A stretch of 64,000 bases of DNA, taken from positions 16,683-80,682 of the forward strand of contig CANRPK010000002.1 in NCBI GenBank assembly GCA_947632455.1, written 5' to 3'. Below, piece by piece: positions 55,417-64,000 of the stretch. The stretch is from an uncultured Bacilli bacterium. GTDB taxonomy: Bacteria > Bacillota_I > Bacilli_A > RF39 > UBA660. The position numbers and the translations under genes are program-made. Below the pieces are notes generated by a model. The model had not been told where the DNA came from and searched no databases. It saw nothing but the letters and a program-made list of their open reading frames with translations. How positions within the stretch are numbered: the first letter of the stretch is position 1; each line of letters opens with the position of its first letter.

Positions 55417-55938
55417 TTATAACATAACTTTTCTATTTGTAAATAAAAAAAAAGTAACTCCCACATCTATCACAAATAATATAACCAATATAATTGTTAC
55501 ATACCAAGGAATTTTTGTAACTATTTTATCAATAATATTTCTTCCAATATAATTAATAAATGTTGCAAATAATCCCCATAATAAAGATATCTCTAAAGTA
55601 ATATAATGCCCATAATTAAAGGTAAAATTAGTATAATCCCAATATACTACATGAAATATTTTTTCAATTAACATTCCAGCACTAAATTCTATTAAAGCAA
55701 GTATTATTGTAATCAATATATAAAATAATATTATTTCTAACCATTTATGTAATTTAAATTGTTTTAAAAATTTATCCACTATAATTATTATTAAAATAGC
55801 AAATCCATATATAAAAGTCCAAGGCCCTTTAAGTACTCCACTATAAAATAAAGAATTAGTTACCATATTTTCAAAAAGAAATCCTAAAAAAGAATAAAAT
55901 AAAAATATATTAATATAATAAAAAATCTTTTTAATCAT
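55417..55938 (-). CDS. polytopic membrane protein (DUF1113 / putative ABC-transporter type IV-like)
   Basis: FYSFLGFLFEN and GPWTFIYG resemble that family. Pattern-level call only. Confidence 0.35.
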   Translation of the reverse strand: MIKKIFYYINIFLFYSFLGFLFENMVTNSLFYSGVLKGPWTFIYGFAILIIIIVDKFLKQFKLHKWLEIILFYILITIILALIEFSAGMLIEKIFHVVYWDYTNFTFNYGHYITLEISLLWGLFATFINYIGRNIIDKIVTKIPWYVTIILVILFVIDVGVTFFLFTNRKVML

Positions 55939-56441
55939 TTTATATACCCATTATATACTAATTCTGTATCTTTAACGACAATAAAGGCCTCCGGATCAAC
56001 TTCTTTAATATCCCAAATTACTTCTTTAGTAAGCCTACTTTTAACATCAATTATTAATAAATCTTTATTTTTATTTAAATTATCTTTCAATTCTATAACC
56101 ATCACTCCATAACCTTTATTTCTTAAAGCATCTATTAATTTATAATTATTTTTAGTTGTTACCACTTCTACACTATTAACAGTTTTTATAAATCTTCTTG
56201 ATAAGAAACCACCAATAAGTGTTCCAGTTGCGTACCCTAAACTATAAAATATTGGAATTAAAATACTATTTAAATCTGTATTCAAAGCTTTTCTTACCAC
56301 CATAAACCAAATAAAAGCTTCTAAAAAAGCTAAAATAGGTACCACTATACTTTTTTTCTTAACCATCATCATTGTTTTAAAAGTACATATTGATACATCT
56401 ACAATTCTTGCTAAAAATATTGATAAACAAGTAAAAAACAT
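55935..56441 (-). CDS. UPF0316 family membrane protein (DUF5698 + DUF2179)
   Basis: Parallels staphylococcal and Bacillus UPF0316 proteins (three TM segments, then a soluble domain ending ...PEAFIVV..). Preferred start is ATG 56439-56441 behind GGTGG. Confidence 0.6.
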   Translation of the reverse strand: MFFTCLSIFLARIVDVSICTFKTMMMVKKKSIVVPILAFLEAFIWFMVVRKALNTDLNSILIPIFYSLGYATGTLIGGFLSRRFIKTVNSVEVVTTKNNYKLIDALRNKGYGVMVIELKDNLNKNKDLLIIDVKSRLTKEVIWDIKEVDPEAFIVVKDTELVYNGYIK

Positions 56442-56473
56442 AATACCACCACTAGTATTATGCTCATTATTTT

Positions 56474-56752
56474 TTATTCCATAACTTTTAATATTCCCCA
56501 AACTATTAAAGCTATCACCACTACAAGAATTATTAATATTCCAATTATTTTATTTTCTTTTCTTGGTTTATAATCTATATCTTTTTGAACATTATATTTA
56601 TCACTTAATAAATTAATAATTCTTTTATTATTATTTTCTTCCCGCCAATTTTCTTGTTGTTTTTGAATTTGATTTTTATTCATCATCGCCCCACAATTAG
56701 GACAAATAAATCCATGTGATGGTAAAGCATGACCACATCTATCGCAAAACAT
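56474..56752 (-). CDS. zinc-ribbon membrane protein (92 aa)
   Basis: CDRCG...CPNCG ribbon and a C-terminal TM helix. Confidence 0.6.
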   Translation of the reverse strand: MFCDRCGHALPSHGFICPNCGAMMNKNQIQKQQENWREENNNKRIINLLSDKYNVQKDIDYKPRKENKIIGILIILVVVIALIVWGILKVME

Positions 56753-56756
56753 ATTA

Positions 56757-57509
56757 TCACCTCATTTTACGTTTCTGTATATGATAAGAAACTATTAAAG
56801 ATAGCCTATAAGGAGCAAACCTATTCATAAAAAGAGTTAACTTCATAAATAAAGTTGGAACAATAATCATCTTATTTTTAAATGTTTTATCTATTGCATA
56901 CTCTGCAACTTTATAAGAATTAGCTTCTCGTAAACTAAAAGTACCTTTAGCTACTTTATTAAATTCTGTTGCAACCGGTCCTGGACATAACGCACTAATA
57001 TGAACATTGCTCTTAGCTTGTCTTAATTCTTCATTAATTGCCATAGTTAATTTAGTAATATAATTTTTAGTCGCATAATATGTACTTAATCTTGGACCCG
57101 CCATAAAACCTGCACTTGAACAAACATTTAAAATATAGCCTTTATCTTTTTTTAACATATCTTGTAAAAATAATTTAGTTAAAATATGATATGCTCGAAT
57201 ATTTACATCAATCATTTTAAGTTCAACATCTAAATCTGTTTTACTAAACTCCCCAAATAAACCAAATCCAGCATTATTTATTAATAAATCTATATCCTCA
57301 TCTTTTACTTCCTGATAAAGTTCTCTTACTTCAGCTTCTATGCTTAAATCTTTTGGAATTATTTTAACCTTTACTTCCAATTCTTTAGCAAGTTCTTCTA
57401 ATCTTTCTTTTCTTCTCGCGACTAATATTAAATCAAAACCACGCTTAGCTAAAACTCTAGCCATATCTCTTCCAATTCCCGAAGAAGCTCCAGTAATAAG
57501 TGCCTTCAT
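56757..57509 (-). CDS. SDR family oxidoreductase
   Basis: TGASSGIG cofactor motif, NNAG, and the YxxxK (YYATK) catalytic motif. ATG lies behind AGGTGA. Confidence 0.85.
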   Translation of the reverse strand: MKALITGASSGIGRDMARVLAKRGFDLILVARRKERLEELAKELEVKVKIIPKDLSIEAEVRELYQEVKDEDIDLLINNAGFGLFGEFSKTDLDVELKMIDVNIRAYHILTKLFLQDMLKKDKGYILNVCSSAGFMAGPRLSTYYATKNYITKLTMAINEELRQAKSNVHISALCPGPVATEFNKVAKGTFSLREANSYKVAEYAIDKTFKNKMIIVPTLFMKLTLFMNRFAPYRLSLIVSYHIQKRKMR

Positions 57510-57518
57510 AATTTTCAC

Positions 57519-59138
57519 CTAAACTTTCTTTTCAATTACTTCTAATAACGCTGGAAGCATTTGTTTTTTTCTCGAAACTAAATTATCAATATATATTCCT
57601 TCTTCAACTTGTTTTAAATTAAATGCATCTTCAATTATACTTTTAGCTTTTTGATTATAAATTACATAAGAACCATTCTTATAAACATCGGTAATAAATA
57701 AAACACTACAAACATAATTTCCCATTGTTAACTCATCAAGTTTAGCTATATAATCATCCATATTTTTTTCTATTTCTTCTATATCCATTGTCATAACTTG
57801 CGAAATACCTAATTGATAATTACCCACACTATATGATTTAAAATCTTGATTTATAACTTCCCCTACACTTAAACCTTTTAAACTAGCCCCAGCTTTAAAC
57901 ATTTGATAACCATAATCATCTATATTAACTTTAGCTATTTTAGCTAGTTTACTAGCAACAAATATATCTTCTTCTGTTGTTGTTGGTGATTTAAAGACTA
58001 AAGTATCTGATAAAATAGCACTAAGCATTAAACCTGCCATATTTTTGGGAATAGCTACTTTATTTTCTAAAAACATATTATATATTATTGTACAAGTACA
58101 ACCAACCGGCATACTTCGAAAATTTATTGGCACATTAGTTCCAATACTACTTAAATTATGATGATCAATTATTTGAATAACTTCAGCTTCTTCTATTCCA
58201 ATCGCACTTTGTTCCAAACCATTATGATCTACCATAATAACTTTTTGTTTAACATAATCTTCCCCACTTGTTACTTTAAGTAAACCTAAACATTCATTTT
58301 TACTATTTACAACCGGATAATTAGTATGTCCCACTTTATTAGATAAACTAATAAAATCTGTACGATAATCTTTAACATTTACTGAAAAAGGCTTAGCATT
58401 TACATTAATAGATTTAATTTTATTACTTAAAATTACTTTATTAGCTGTCTCTAAACTATTATATTTACTTTCAATAATATTAACTTTATATTTTTCTGCC
58501 TTTTTAATTAATCTCTTAGGCATAATATGATTACCAGATAACACAATAAGTTTAACTTTAGACTCTATTGCATATTCAATAATTTTATATCTATCCCCAA
58601 CAATTAAAATATCATCATTGCTAACCACTACTTCATCTTGAAAAGTCTTTGATTGATAAGACGCTACCATAACATTTCCACTAATATCTTCATTAAACTT
58701 TAAAACTGCTCTTCCCATAACACAATCTAAAATATTTTCATAAGTAGTATCTACAATATCTTTATTTCCACTAATTAAATATTTAGCTATTTCTTTTAAT
58801 GTTACAAAACCTGTTAAAAGCTTTTTATTATCTACTAAAGGTATAGCAGTTATATTTTGTTTTTGCATATAATTAAAAGCTTTTAAAATCGCATCATCTT
58901 CATAAGTAAAAGCTTTTTTATTATATCTTATATCTTTTATTCTAACTTTAGTATCATTTAAATAATCAGGTTCTTTTACTTTAAAATAATCTAAAACAAA
59001 TTTAGTTTCATTATTTAAATGTCCTAATACTTTAGGAATAGTATTTTTTCCTTGTTCATTCATCAAATATGATAAAGCTATACTAGCACATACACTATCT
59101 GTATCTGGATTTTTATGACCAAAAATAAATGTTTGCAT
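57519..59138 (-). CDS. ppaC: CBS-domain-containing family II (DHH) inorganic pyrophosphatase
   Basis: GHKNPDTDS and DHH (IIDHHN) motifs, a CBS pair inserted after the first ~65 aa, and a DHHA2 C-terminus. Confidence 0.85.
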   Translation of the reverse strand: MQTFIFGHKNPDTDSVCASIALSYLMNEQGKNTIPKVLGHLNNETKFVLDYFKVKEPDYLNDTKVRIKDIRYNKKAFTYEDDAILKAFNYMQKQNITAIPLVDNKKLLTGFVTLKEIAKYLISGNKDIVDTTYENILDCVMGRAVLKFNEDISGNVMVASYQSKTFQDEVVVSNDDILIVGDRYKIIEYAIESKVKLIVLSGNHIMPKRLIKKAEKYKVNIIESKYNSLETANKVILSNKIKSINVNAKPFSVNVKDYRTDFISLSNKVGHTNYPVVNSKNECLGLLKVTSGEDYVKQKVIMVDHNGLEQSAIGIEEAEVIQIIDHHNLSSIGTNVPINFRSMPVGCTCTIIYNMFLENKVAIPKNMAGLMLSAILSDTLVFKSPTTTEEDIFVASKLAKIAKVNIDDYGYQMFKAGASLKGLSVGEVINQDFKSYSVGNYQLGISQVMTMDIEEIEKNMDDYIAKLDELTMGNYVCSVLFITDVYKNGSYVIYNQKAKSIIEDAFNLKQVEEGIYIDNLVSRKKQMLPALLEVIEKKV

Positions 59139-59171
59139 AACCCACTTCCATTCAATCTATAAAAATAATAA

Positions 59172-59210
59172 CATAAAAAAAATAAAAAGGAAAGTACAAT
59201 CCTTTCCTTT
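59172..59210 (-). terminator. rho-independent terminator after the histidine kinase gene
   Basis: Minus strand reads AAAGGAAAGG-attgta-CTTTCCTTT followed by TTATTTTTTTT. Confidence 0.7.
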
Positions 59211-59316
59211 AAAAGTGTGAGTTTGAGTTTATATGTTATAATCTTTTTTAAATATTTTTTAAAGTATCTTTCTTATCTATCTTTCTCCTTTCATGATTTA
59301 AGTATACTAAACCTAT

Positions 59317-59349
59317 GTGAAAAAGAAGTGAAAAGTAAGTGAAACTCTA
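59317..59349. repeat. three phased direct repeats GTGAAA(A) with an 11-nt period
   Basis: GTGAAAAAGAA / GTGAAAAGTAA / GTGAAACTCTA start at 59317, 59328 and 59339, immediately 3' of the kinase stop codon. Confidence 0.6.
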
Positions 59350-59359
59350 TCTATTTACA

Positions 59360-60736
59360 TTATTTACGGATTTTAAAATAAAATGTTGTTCCAACCCCTT
59401 CTTTACTTTTAACTCCATAATCAAATTTATGTTTTGATAATACTTCTTTTACTATTGATAAACCTATACCCGTTGATACAACATTTCTTTGATGTTTCTT
59501 TTCTACCCTATAGTATTTATCCCATATATAATTTATTTCTTCTTTTTTAATTCCTTTACCCGTATCTTTTATTTCTACTACATATTCTTTTTTATTATTA
59601 ATAACATTAATAAATACTTTTTTATCTTCTCCTGTATAATTTATCGCATTATTTACTAAATTATATATAACTTGTATTATTTTTTGCTTATCCGCTAAAA
59701 CTATCGCTTTATCAGGTACATTTACTATAAATTCATAATCTTCCATTGTTCTTAAAATATCATATCTTTTAAGAACATCTCTTATTACTTCACATAAATC
59801 AAATTGTTCTAAAGTTAAAACATCACTATTTGCTTGCATTTTAGATAAAGTTAAAATATCATTAACTAAAATATTTAATCTTTCGGCTTCATCAATAATA
59901 ACATTTAAATCTTTTTCTCTTTTTTCTTTATCTTTATAAGTTATATCTCTAACCATCTCCGCATAAGCTTTTATCATTGTAAGTGGTGTTTTTAAATCAT
60001 GTGATACATTCGCTAATAAATCTCTTCTTAATTCATCTATTTTAGATAAATCTTCTCCTACATGTTCCAAAGTTTTACTAAGTTCATTTATTTCTAAAAT
60101 ATCACTTCGATCAAAATGAATATTATAATTCCCCTCACCTAATTCTTTAGCTTTAAGAGTTATATTAGTAATTGGTTTAGTTATTTTAATAGATATAAAA
60201 TATGCAATAAAACATGCTAAAATAATTACAATAATTGTTATATATATAACTTGATTTCTTAAAATAATATTAGCACTATTAGTATCTTCTAATAAAGAAT
60301 ATATAAATACATATCCATTATCTACTTTAACTCCAGATAAAATAGCTTTTTTATCATTATCTTCATTAACTAATTTCAAATTTTTTATTTCTTTATTATC
60401 TCTAATAATATTATTTAAAATACTATTAATTCCACTATTATTAAGTTCACATCCTACCATTAATGTATTATAATTAATTGTATTTGTTGTTGTTAAATAC
60501 TTTATACAAACACTATTATCATAAGCAATATTTTCTAATTTACTATATAATTCATCTATTTCATAATCATGCACTTTTTGTGCTAAATTATTTATTTTTC
60601 TTTCTTGATATTTCTCATAACTATAACTAATAATTAAATCTTTAGCTATAGTTAATATTAACAAAATAGTAATACTAAATATCACTAAATAAGCTAAAGT
60701 TTTAACACTTAATTTAATTACTCTCTTTTCTTTCAA
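59360..60736 (-). CDS. sensor histidine kinase
   Basis: Two TM segments, a HAMP-like linker, H-box SHDLKTPLT, and N/G boxes (NLVNNAINYT, DTGKGI, GIGLSIV). Confidence 0.9.
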   Translation of the reverse strand: MKEKRVIKLSVKTLAYLVIFSITILLILTIAKDLIISYSYEKYQERKINNLAQKVHDYEIDELYSKLENIAYDNSVCIKYLTTTNTINYNTLMVGCELNNSGINSILNNIIRDNKEIKNLKLVNEDNDKKAILSGVKVDNGYVFIYSLLEDTNSANIILRNQVIYITIIVIILACFIAYFISIKITKPITNITLKAKELGEGNYNIHFDRSDILEINELSKTLEHVGEDLSKIDELRRDLLANVSHDLKTPLTMIKAYAEMVRDITYKDKEKREKDLNVIIDEAERLNILVNDILTLSKMQANSDVLTLEQFDLCEVIRDVLKRYDILRTMEDYEFIVNVPDKAIVLADKQKIIQVIYNLVNNAINYTGEDKKVFINVINNKKEYVVEIKDTGKGIKKEEINYIWDKYYRVEKKHQRNVVSTGIGLSIVKEVLSKHKFDYGVKSKEGVGTTFYFKIRK

Positions 60737-61382
60737 ATTTGTACCCCATTCCTCTTATAGTTTTAATACTATCACGATATTTCCCTAAACTATTTCTTAA
60801 TGTCTTTACATGGGTATCTACTGTTCTTTCATCACCATAAAAATCATAACCCCAAACATTCATCAAAATAGCTTCTCTGGATAATGCAATATTTTTATTT
60901 TGCATAAAGTATTTTAATAAATCATATTCTTTTGGCGTTAATTCTACTAACGAAGAATTTATTCTCACTTCATGAGCTAAATCATCTAAAACTAAATCAT
61001 CAAACTTATATATTACTTGATCATTCTGTAATCTTTTCATTATCGCTTTAATTCTTGCGACTAATTCTTTTGGTGAAAAAGGTTTTGTAATATAATCATC
61101 TATCCCTAAATCAAAACCATATAATTTATCAAATTCTTCACTTCTTGCTGATAAAATTATAAATGGCACATCTTTTATCTTTTTTATTTCTTTTATTGCT
61201 TGATATCCATCCATTTTAGGCATCATTATATCCATAATAACTAAATCAATATCATTTTTTTTCACTATTTCTATAGCTTCATTTCCATTACTTGCTTCTA
61301 ATACTTGATATTGTTCTAAAGTTAAATATTCTTTTACTACATCTCTAATTAATTCCTCATCATCACACACTAAAATTTTCAT
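60714..61382 (-). CDS. OmpR-family response regulator
   Basis: Receiver domain (DDEELIRD...DLVIMDIMMP...K) plus a winged helix (TVDTHVKTLRNSL...IRGMGYKF). Confidence 0.92.
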   Translation of the reverse strand: MKILVCDDEELIRDVVKEYLTLEQYQVLEASNGNEAIEIVKKNDIDLVIMDIMMPKMDGYQAIKEIKKIKDVPFIILSARSEEFDKLYGFDLGIDDYITKPFSPKELVARIKAIMKRLQNDQVIYKFDDLVLDDLAHEVRINSSLVELTPKEYDLLKYFMQNKNIALSREAILMNVWGYDFYGDERTVDTHVKTLRNSLGKYRDSIKTIRGMGYKFERKESN

Positions 61383-61416
61383 GAGTTACCTCCTAGAACA
61401 ATATTATAACAAAAAT

Positions 61417-61438
61417 GTGATAAAAATATGAAAAAAAA
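61417..61438. repeat. two 11-nt-phased GTGAtAA / aTGAAAA repeats in the TCS promoter
   Basis: They overlap the -35 region of the minus-strand TGTTATAAT promoter (61403-61411) of the RR-HK operon. Same motif, phase and orientation as 59317-59349. Confidence 0.4.
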
Positions 61439-61455
61439 GAAGGTTTCCCTTCTTT
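61429..61455 (-). terminator. terminator after ORF 61454
   Basis: Minus strand reads AAGAAGG-gaaa-CCTTCTT followed by TTTTTT. Confidence 0.65.
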
Positions 61456-62722
61456 AATAGCCAATCGTACACACATCTCCCCGATTATTATAAAAATCTC
61501 TTAACTCTCCACCAGTACTAGGAAGTTCTGAACCAGCTTCCGCTACTAATTCTTCATAACTCATAATTTTTGTAATATTTAAAGTCTTATCATCATCTCT
61601 AAATTCATAAGTTCCTGTAATATCTTTATAAGTTATTTCATTTCCTGTAGTTCCATTTTTAAGAGTATTATATTCTTCTTCTGTCAAAGTAAATGTATAT
61701 ATTCTTATACCAGTTTTGTTAAATTCACTATCTTTAATTCCATACTTAGTTACTACTGAATATTCATCAGTTTTATTACTACAATTTAAATATAAATCCG
61801 CAACAGTATCACTAACATTTAATTTAGCTTTAACTTTTGTCTCATTATTTGACGTATCTTTTACAATTATGGTTACAATATAATCTCCCGCTGTCTCTAA
61901 ATTTTTCTTTACTTCATCTTCATTTTCAAAAGCATAAAAACATTCTGTAGCATCTTCACAACTAGCTATAAAACTATTAACATCTAAGTTGCCTTTAACT
62001 CCAACTTGAACATCTTTTACCTTTACAACTGGCTTTACAGTATCCACAACTGTCGCAGTTCCTTTACGTACAATATCATTACATGTAACACTAAACTCAT
62101 ATTTAGCCCCTAATTCATCACTCTTTAACTTTGATGTATCTAAAGAGCAAGTATCTTTTGCTATTTTTCTTAATGTTACATAATCATCTATATTTAAAGA
62201 TATTTCTTCACCTAATTCAATCTTAACATCTTTAGCAATTATAGCCGGAGCATTCTGTCTTTTAGCCACCGTTAAAAATATATATACTCCCACTCCCACT
62301 GCTGTTAAAGCTAAAACTATAACAATTATAAATAATAATTTATTAGTTTTACTTCCTTGTTCCCCTGTTGTTGGAGCTTCATTTTTAATTGGTGGAGGCG
62401 TTACATCAGGTATATTAGCTATAGGCGGAACCGTTCCTATTTCATTTAAAAATGGTGTTTCATTTACATTACTTATTACTTCTGGTACATCATAATTTAT
62501 AGGTGCAACCGGTTCTAAAGGTACATCAGGCATAGGATTATTGCTTACTTCCGGTTGTTTATCTAAATCTAAAGTTTCTTCTTGATTGTTTACCTCAGGC
62601 GTTGATGAAGAAGCATTATTAACCTCTAAAGGTGGTGTATTTATTGATGGTTCACTATTATTTGCTGAACTATTATCTACATTTCCTAAAGATACGGCAT
62701 TTAATTCATCATTATTTTTCAT
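61454..62722 (-). CDS. hypothetical membrane-anchored surface protein (422 aa)
   Basis: Pro/Asn-rich N-terminal region, a central TM (LLFIIVIVLALTAVGVGVYIF), and a beta-rich C-terminal ectodomain. No motif assigned. Confidence 0.5.
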   Translation of the reverse strand: MKNNDELNAVSLGNVDNSSANNSEPSINTPPLEVNNASSSTPEVNNQEETLDLDKQPEVSNNPMPDVPLEPVAPINYDVPEVISNVNETPFLNEIGTVPPIANIPDVTPPPIKNEAPTTGEQGSKTNKLLFIIVIVLALTAVGVGVYIFLTVAKRQNAPAIIAKDVKIELGEEISLNIDDYVTLRKIAKDTCSLDTSKLKSDELGAKYEFSVTCNDIVRKGTATVVDTVKPVVKVKDVQVGVKGNLDVNSFIASCEDATECFYAFENEDEVKKNLETAGDYIVTIIVKDTSNNETKVKAKLNVSDTVADLYLNCSNKTDEYSVVTKYGIKDSEFNKTGIRIYTFTLTEEEYNTLKNGTTGNEITYKDITGTYEFRDDDKTLNITKIMSYEELVAEAGSELPSTGGELRDFYNNRGDVCTIGY

Positions 62723-62801
62723 AACTTCAGCCCCTTATCATATATAACATTATAACTTAAACTCCTCTAAAAAACAAGAAAAAAATACTTATTTAAGTAT
62801 T

Positions 62802-63893
62802 TTATCTTGTTAACTCTAAAGACATTGGATCTTCTTCTAATTCCTCATCCAATCTACCATAAACTACAACTGGACCATTAATTAAATCTAATTCTACTGT
62901 ATATCTAACTGCCGGCATTGGTACTAAACCAATATCCTCTACATAAGTTTCTGGGGTAATTAAAGTACGATATTTATTTCCTTCTAATACTAATTGTTCA
63001 CCATAAGAAGAACCTCTGCTTCTAAAAGATACATAATCATGAACACTTACTTCTAACACTAAATAATCTAATGCTCCATAAAAAGTTGGAAATTTTTTAA
63101 TATCTAAATAACTTTTATAAAAACCTTTAAAATAAACATTATATTGACCTTCCGCAGTTATTTGTTTATATATAGTATTTCTTCTACCACCATTATTCCA
63201 TTCACTACTATGTATTCTGTTATCTACTGAATTCATATTTACATAACCTTCAGAATAGTTATAAGCAGTAGCTTCCCCTAATACTGTTGCAAATGATACT
63301 ACTAAATTATCATAAGTTTCATTTCTTCTTGCTTCTACATATTCTAATTTTTTATCAGTTAAAATATTAAATAATTCTTCTATTTCCGAAAAATCTTCCC
63401 TAGCTCTTATCGCTTCAACAACTTCAGTACCATTTATATCAGCTTTATACGCTATAGCGTTTACCAAATCTTTATAAGATACTTCATAAGTATTTAATAT
63501 ATATTCTTGCATTTCGGCAATACCTAAAGTTTGAAATTCTTCTAAAGTTAATTTAACATTTTCTTCTTTAGGCTCTTCCACTACCACTATATCCTCTTCA
63601 ATAGGTTCTTCATCTAATTCAGTTGGTATCTCCAAAATTTTTGCCTTATTCCCAATAAAATTCTTTTTTAACTCAATATTTAATTTTTTTCGATACAAAT
63701 ATAAATCTACTTGTTCCATTTTAGGTACTTCTTGAGTTTTAGGCTTAACTGAAACTTCTTTATTTCCATTTAATGATAAAGCACAAATCAAAGCCGCTAA
63801 ACTACAAGTTATGGTATTAACACAAGCAGAATTACCTAAAATTTCTTTTAATGCTAATAATAATTTTTTATCTTTAATATCATTCCATTTCAT
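62802..63893 (-). CDS. hypothetical protein with a possible SleB/CwlJ-like cell-wall hydrolase domain
   Basis: The segment VLGEATAYNYSEGYVNMNSVDNRIHSSEW...IYKQITAEGQY resembles the Hydrolase_2 pattern (GEA...NR...QF). Preferred start is ATG 63891-63893 behind GAGGGA. Weak call. Confidence 0.35.
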   Translation of the reverse strand: MKWNDIKDKKLLLALKEILGNSACVNTITCSLAALICALSLNGNKEVSVKPKTQEVPKMEQVDLYLYRKKLNIELKKNFIGNKAKILEIPTELDEEPIEEDIVVVEEPKEENVKLTLEEFQTLGIAEMQEYILNTYEVSYKDLVNAIAYKADINGTEVVEAIRAREDFSEIEELFNILTDKKLEYVEARRNETYDNLVVSFATVLGEATAYNYSEGYVNMNSVDNRIHSSEWNNGGRRNTIYKQITAEGQYNVYFKGFYKSYLDIKKFPTFYGALDYLVLEVSVHDYVSFRSRGSSYGEQLVLEGNKYRTLITPETYVEDIGLVPMPAVRYTVELDLINGPVVVYGRLDEELEEDPMSLELTR

Positions 63894-64000
63894 AAAAACC
63901 ATTCCCTCTTTTTAATTTTATATTATCTTCAATCAATTCTTATGAAGAAAAATAAATAAGCTAATGTCTTTTGCTTATTTTTTTAATTCTAAAGTCATTC

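Noticed and set aside
1077-57522. Thirteen 60-115-aa track ORFs lying antisense inside larger genes: 1077-1262, 7694-8023, 17283-17483, 18135-18377, 24404-24751, 28141-28365, 32434-32757, 33809-34027, 38017-38313, 40782-40964, 42354-42581, 52103-52336 and 57340-57522
   Set aside because: Each is fully embedded in a well-supported gene on the opposite strand (sufB, dfx, rny, lexA, rmuC, tadB, tadA, obg and others). They lack RBSs and have Ser/Leu/Ile-rich shadow-frame composition.
59232-59240. Plus-strand TGTTATAAT between ppaC and the kinase gene, considered as a promoter for an RNA antisense to the kinase
   Set aside because: There is no -35, and no downstream terminator or ORF. AT-rich intergenic DNA produces such hexamers frequently. 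It is kept only as context for the phased-repeat finding.
1-64000. Alternative genetic code (TGA=Trp), suggested by the Mollicutes-like tmRNA tag and extreme AT content
   Set aside because: sufB terminates at a TGA exactly at its expected C-terminus. All conserved genes are full length under code 11.
1-64000. CRISPR arrays, IS elements/transposases, rRNA operons, reverse transcriptases or known defence-system enzymes
   Set aside because: I scanned the intergenic regions and the ORF list and found none. There were no regularly spaced repeats beyond the two TA modules and the short phased heptamers, and no nuclease, helicase or methylase clusters.

Overview
A 64-kb chromosomal segment from a very AT-rich, low-GC Firmicute. 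It uses the standard code: sufB ends in TGA and long ORFs stay intact under code 11. It carries spoVAC-spoVAD-spoVAE, so the organism is probably an endospore former. The tmRNA tag ending in AFAFA, combined with code 11, hints at an Erysipelotrichia-like or Mollicutes-related lineage; this is low-confidence inference.

Most of the window is housekeeping: ssb (5' fragment), sufB, ssrA, trmL, rnj, ku/ligD, rny, recA, rpsD, an M16 peptidase pair, lexA, a U32 peptidase, rmuC, feoAB plus a DtxR-like repressor, obg, scpAB, spoVA, nrdDG, a Crp/Fnr regulator, a CBS-type family II pyrophosphatase, a two-component system, and three single tRNAs (Gln-CUG, Leu-CAA, Cys-GCA). No transposase, integrase, CRISPR array or rRNA was seen.

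Four things stand out:
1. An ORF-free 0.9-kb gap just 3' of ssrA holds two tandem ~295-nt modules. Each has the full architecture of a type I toxin-antitoxin locus: its own promoter, a long 5'UTR, a strong SD, a 27-aa hydrophobic peptide, and a convergent small RNA ending in a shared bidirectional terminator.
2. A bipartite Tad/Flp-type pilus region. One part is a canonical flp-tadE-tadG-tadZ-tadA-tadB-tadC operon. The other is a separate upstream operon with three tandem Cys-rich 82-84-aa proteins, two TadE-sized paralogs and a degenerate TadZ-like protein. Its first five products share a 6-residue leader ending in Gly. No prepilin peptidase is present in the window.
3. A coherent, degenerate LexA-box variant at recA, at lexA, and inside the core promoter of an unannotated 30-aa membrane peptide divergent from lexA.
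4. An unusual acyltransferase-3 / CapA / SGNH triple-fusion protein.

All family calls come from motif recognition by eye. No database search, folding calculation or statistics were run.
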